From contig NC_091977.1 of assembly GCF_044704955.1 (NCBI RefSeq), positions 84,568,001-84,632,000 on the forward strand: DNA of 64,000 nt, written 5' to 3'. Numbering within the stretch: position 1 is the first letter of the stretch; every line of letters starts with the position of its first letter. The stretch comes from Pristiophorus japonicus (lineage: Eukaryota). The position numbers and the translations under genes are program-made. Positions 61,581-64,000 of the stretch are shown piece by piece. The notes under the pieces were generated by a model, which saw only the letters and a program-made list of their open reading frames with translations, had not been told where the DNA came from and did not search any database.

Positions 61581-63255
61581 CTCCCTATATTCAAATCTAG
61601 ATCATTGACGTATACCACAAAAAGCAAGGGACCCAGTAATGAGCCCTGCGGAACCCCACTGGAAACATCCTTCCAGTCACAAAAACATCCATCAACCATT
61701 ACCCTTTGCATCCTACCTCTAAGACAATTTTGGATTCAACTTGCACTTTGCCTTGGATCCCATGGGCTTTAACCTTCGTGACCAGTCTACCATGTGGAAC
61801 CTTATCAAAAGCTTTGCTAAAGTCCATATACACTACATCATATGTACTACTCTCATCGACCCTCCTAGTTATCTCCTCAAAAAATTCAATCAGGTTAGTC
61901 AAACACGATCTTCCCTTAACAAATCCGTGCTAACTGTCCCTAATTAACACTTGCCTTTCCAAATGGAGATTTATCCTGTCTTTCAGGATTTTTCCAATAA
62001 TTTTCCCACCACTGAGGTAAGGCTGACAGGACTGTAATTACTCAGCCTATCCCTTTCTCCCTTCTTAAACATTAGCAGTACTCCAGCACCATGCCCAAAT
62101 CCAAAGAGGACAGGAAAATGATGGTCAAGGCCTCTGCTATTTCCTCTTTTACTTCGCTCAACAGCCTTGGATGCATTTCGTCCGGGCCTGGGGACTTTTC
62201 TATTTTCAAAGCTGCTAAACCCCTTAATACCTCCTCTCTCACTATGTTTATTTCATCCAGAATTTCACACTACTTTTCAATAGCAGTATTTGCATTGCCC
62301 CTTTCCTTTTTTGAAAACAGATGCAAAATACTTATTAAGAACCATACCAGCATCTTCCGCCTCCACACAGAGATTACTCTCATGGTCTCTAATAGGCCCT
62401 ACCCTTTCTTTGGTTATCCTCTTGCTGTTAATATACTTATAGAACATCTATGGGCTTTCCTCAATTTTACTTGTCAAGAATTTTTCATGCTCTCGCTTAG
62501 CATTCCTAATATCCTTTTTAATTTTACCTCAACGTTCTATATTGCTCGAAAGATTCTATAGTATTTAGCCGATGGTATATGACATAAGCTTCCCTTTTTT
62601 CTTTATCCTCACCTTTAAGTCCCTAGACATCCAGGGGGCTCCAGAATTGTTATTACCACCCTTTTTCTTTCAGGGCACACGTTTGGCCTGAGCCCTCCGG
62701 ATTGCCTCCTTGAATACCTGACACTGTTCCGACACTGATTTACCTACAAGTAGCTGTTTCCAGACCACTGTGTCCAAATCACTTCTTAGCTTAGCTTTTC
62801 TCCAATTTGGGACTTTTATTCCTGGTCTATCCTTGCCTTTGTCCATAACTACCTTGAATCTGACTGAATTATGGTCACTGGCACCCAAGTGCTCTCCCAC
62901 TCATATCCCTTCCACCTGCCCAGCTTCATTCCCCAAAACTAAATCCAAAACCGCCCCCTCTCGTGTTGGGCTTGTTATATACTGACTAAAAAAGTTCTCT
63001 TGAATACATTTTAACAATTCCGCACCCTCTATACCCTTCACTCTATATTTTTCCCAATCAATATTTGGAGACTTAAAATCCCCTACTATTACTGTCCTAC
63101 AGTTTTTGGACTTCACAGAAATTTGCCTACATATTTGCTCTTCATCTCCCTCCCACAGTTTGGAGGTCTATAATACATGCCCAGCAGTGTGGTCGTCCCT
63201 TTTTTATTTTTTAATTCCACCCATATGGCCTTATTTGATGATCCCTCTAACATAT
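61578..63255 (-). mobile_element. CR1 ORF2 fragments (endonuclease to RT) with internal deletions
   Basis: VGDFK.PNIDW, LGASDHNSV, TNLIEFFEE..YMDFSKAFDKVPHGRL, VYVNDLDLNIG. Confidence 0.88.
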
Positions 63256-63660
63256 TGTTATGTATGTAAACTTGTATATACCTTGTACAGCCACCAGAGG
63301 GCTCATCCCTGGAGCCCCAAGGGATCCCACAATTCCTTGGGAGCACAGGTACTTAAGGAGGCCTCACAGGCTGGAGAGGCACTCTGAAGCCCTGCATAAA
63401 AGACTAAGGTCACACTTTACTTTGAGCTCACAGTATCCAGTCAGACTCTTTATTTATATATAACAATTGGCAATGAGATACAGATGACGAACCCAACGAT
63501 GCAGAGAACAGTGGACATCCTGGAGAAATTTTCAGAGGGAGATGATTGGAAAACCTTCATGGAGCGATTCGACCAATACTTTGTGGCAAACGAGTTGGAA
63601 GGAGAAGCGAACGCAGCCAAACGAAGGGTGATTCTCCTCACCGTCTGCGGGGCACCAACG
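63256..63660 (+). mobile_element. Second Gypsy copy: 5' LTR (63256-63465), PBS region and gag N-terminus
   Basis: LTR homologous to 22087-22296; attggc PBS-like; MQRTVDILEKFSEGDDW..RFDQYFVANEL. Confidence 0.9.
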
Positions 63661-64000
63661 AAGGAAGACACAAATAATCTTCTGGAAATACTAGGGGACC
63701 GACGGTCGAGTGAGAAGGAGGAACTGAAGGAAATCCTTATTAGGCGGCAAATTGTGTTAGGAAAATTGATGGGATTAAAGGCCGATAAATCCCCGGGGCC
63801 TGATAGCCTGCATCCTAGAGTCTGCATTAAAGATGAAATAGCAGCGCATTTGGAAAGCAGTGACTGGATCGGTCCAAGTCAGCATGGATTTATGAAAGGG
63901 AAATCATGCTTGACAAAACTTCTGAAATTTTTTGAGGATGTAACGAGTAGAGTGGACAAGGGAGAACCAGTGGATGTGGTGTATTTGGACTTTCAAAAGA
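63658..64000 (+). mobile_element. CR1 ORF2 fragment joined to Gypsy gag, running off the window
   Basis: KEDTNNLLEIL..KSPGPDSLHPRV / IKDEIAAHL..QHGFMKGKSCLT..YLDFQK. Confidence 0.9.

Noticed and set aside
35900-64000. TE pile-up as evidence of a sex chromosome
   Set aside because: No genome-wide baseline or sex-specific coverage is available from this window alone

Overview
Eukaryotic vertebrate genomic DNA, most likely a cartilaginous fish (shark or ray), judged from the repeat repertoire. The only recognisable host gene is dmrt1 on the minus strand: coding exon 1 with the DM domain (35030-34734), a 1.6 kb intron 1, and exon 2 (33130-32950). No exon 3-like sequence was found, so 1-32949 appears to be part of a long intron 2. 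The rest is a mosaic of transposable elements: several CR1 LINE subfamilies (one with an uninterrupted 932-aa ORF2 and an SGNH-esterase ORF1), RTE LINEs, L2 and other CR1/L2-group LINE fragments, two tRNA-derived SINE families, a decayed Ty3/Gypsy element with both LTRs, a decayed two-gene PIF/Harbinger-type transposon, and several MITEs. Main observations: (1) a U_UUA_AAC / G_UUA_AAC slippery heptamer abuts the CR1 ORF1 stop and a -1 shift leads into ORF2, in two copies; (2) an LTR-proximal in-frame Gypsy gag-CR1 RT chimeric ORF at the window end; (3) a local 0.3 kb inverted duplication inside a TIR element; (4) an RTE insertion with a twin-priming signature; (5) a Harbinger insertion without the usual TWA duplication; (6) CTCF- and EBF-like motifs in the LTRs around dmrt1. 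Coordinates of old repeats are approximate and family names come from motif recognition, not database searches.
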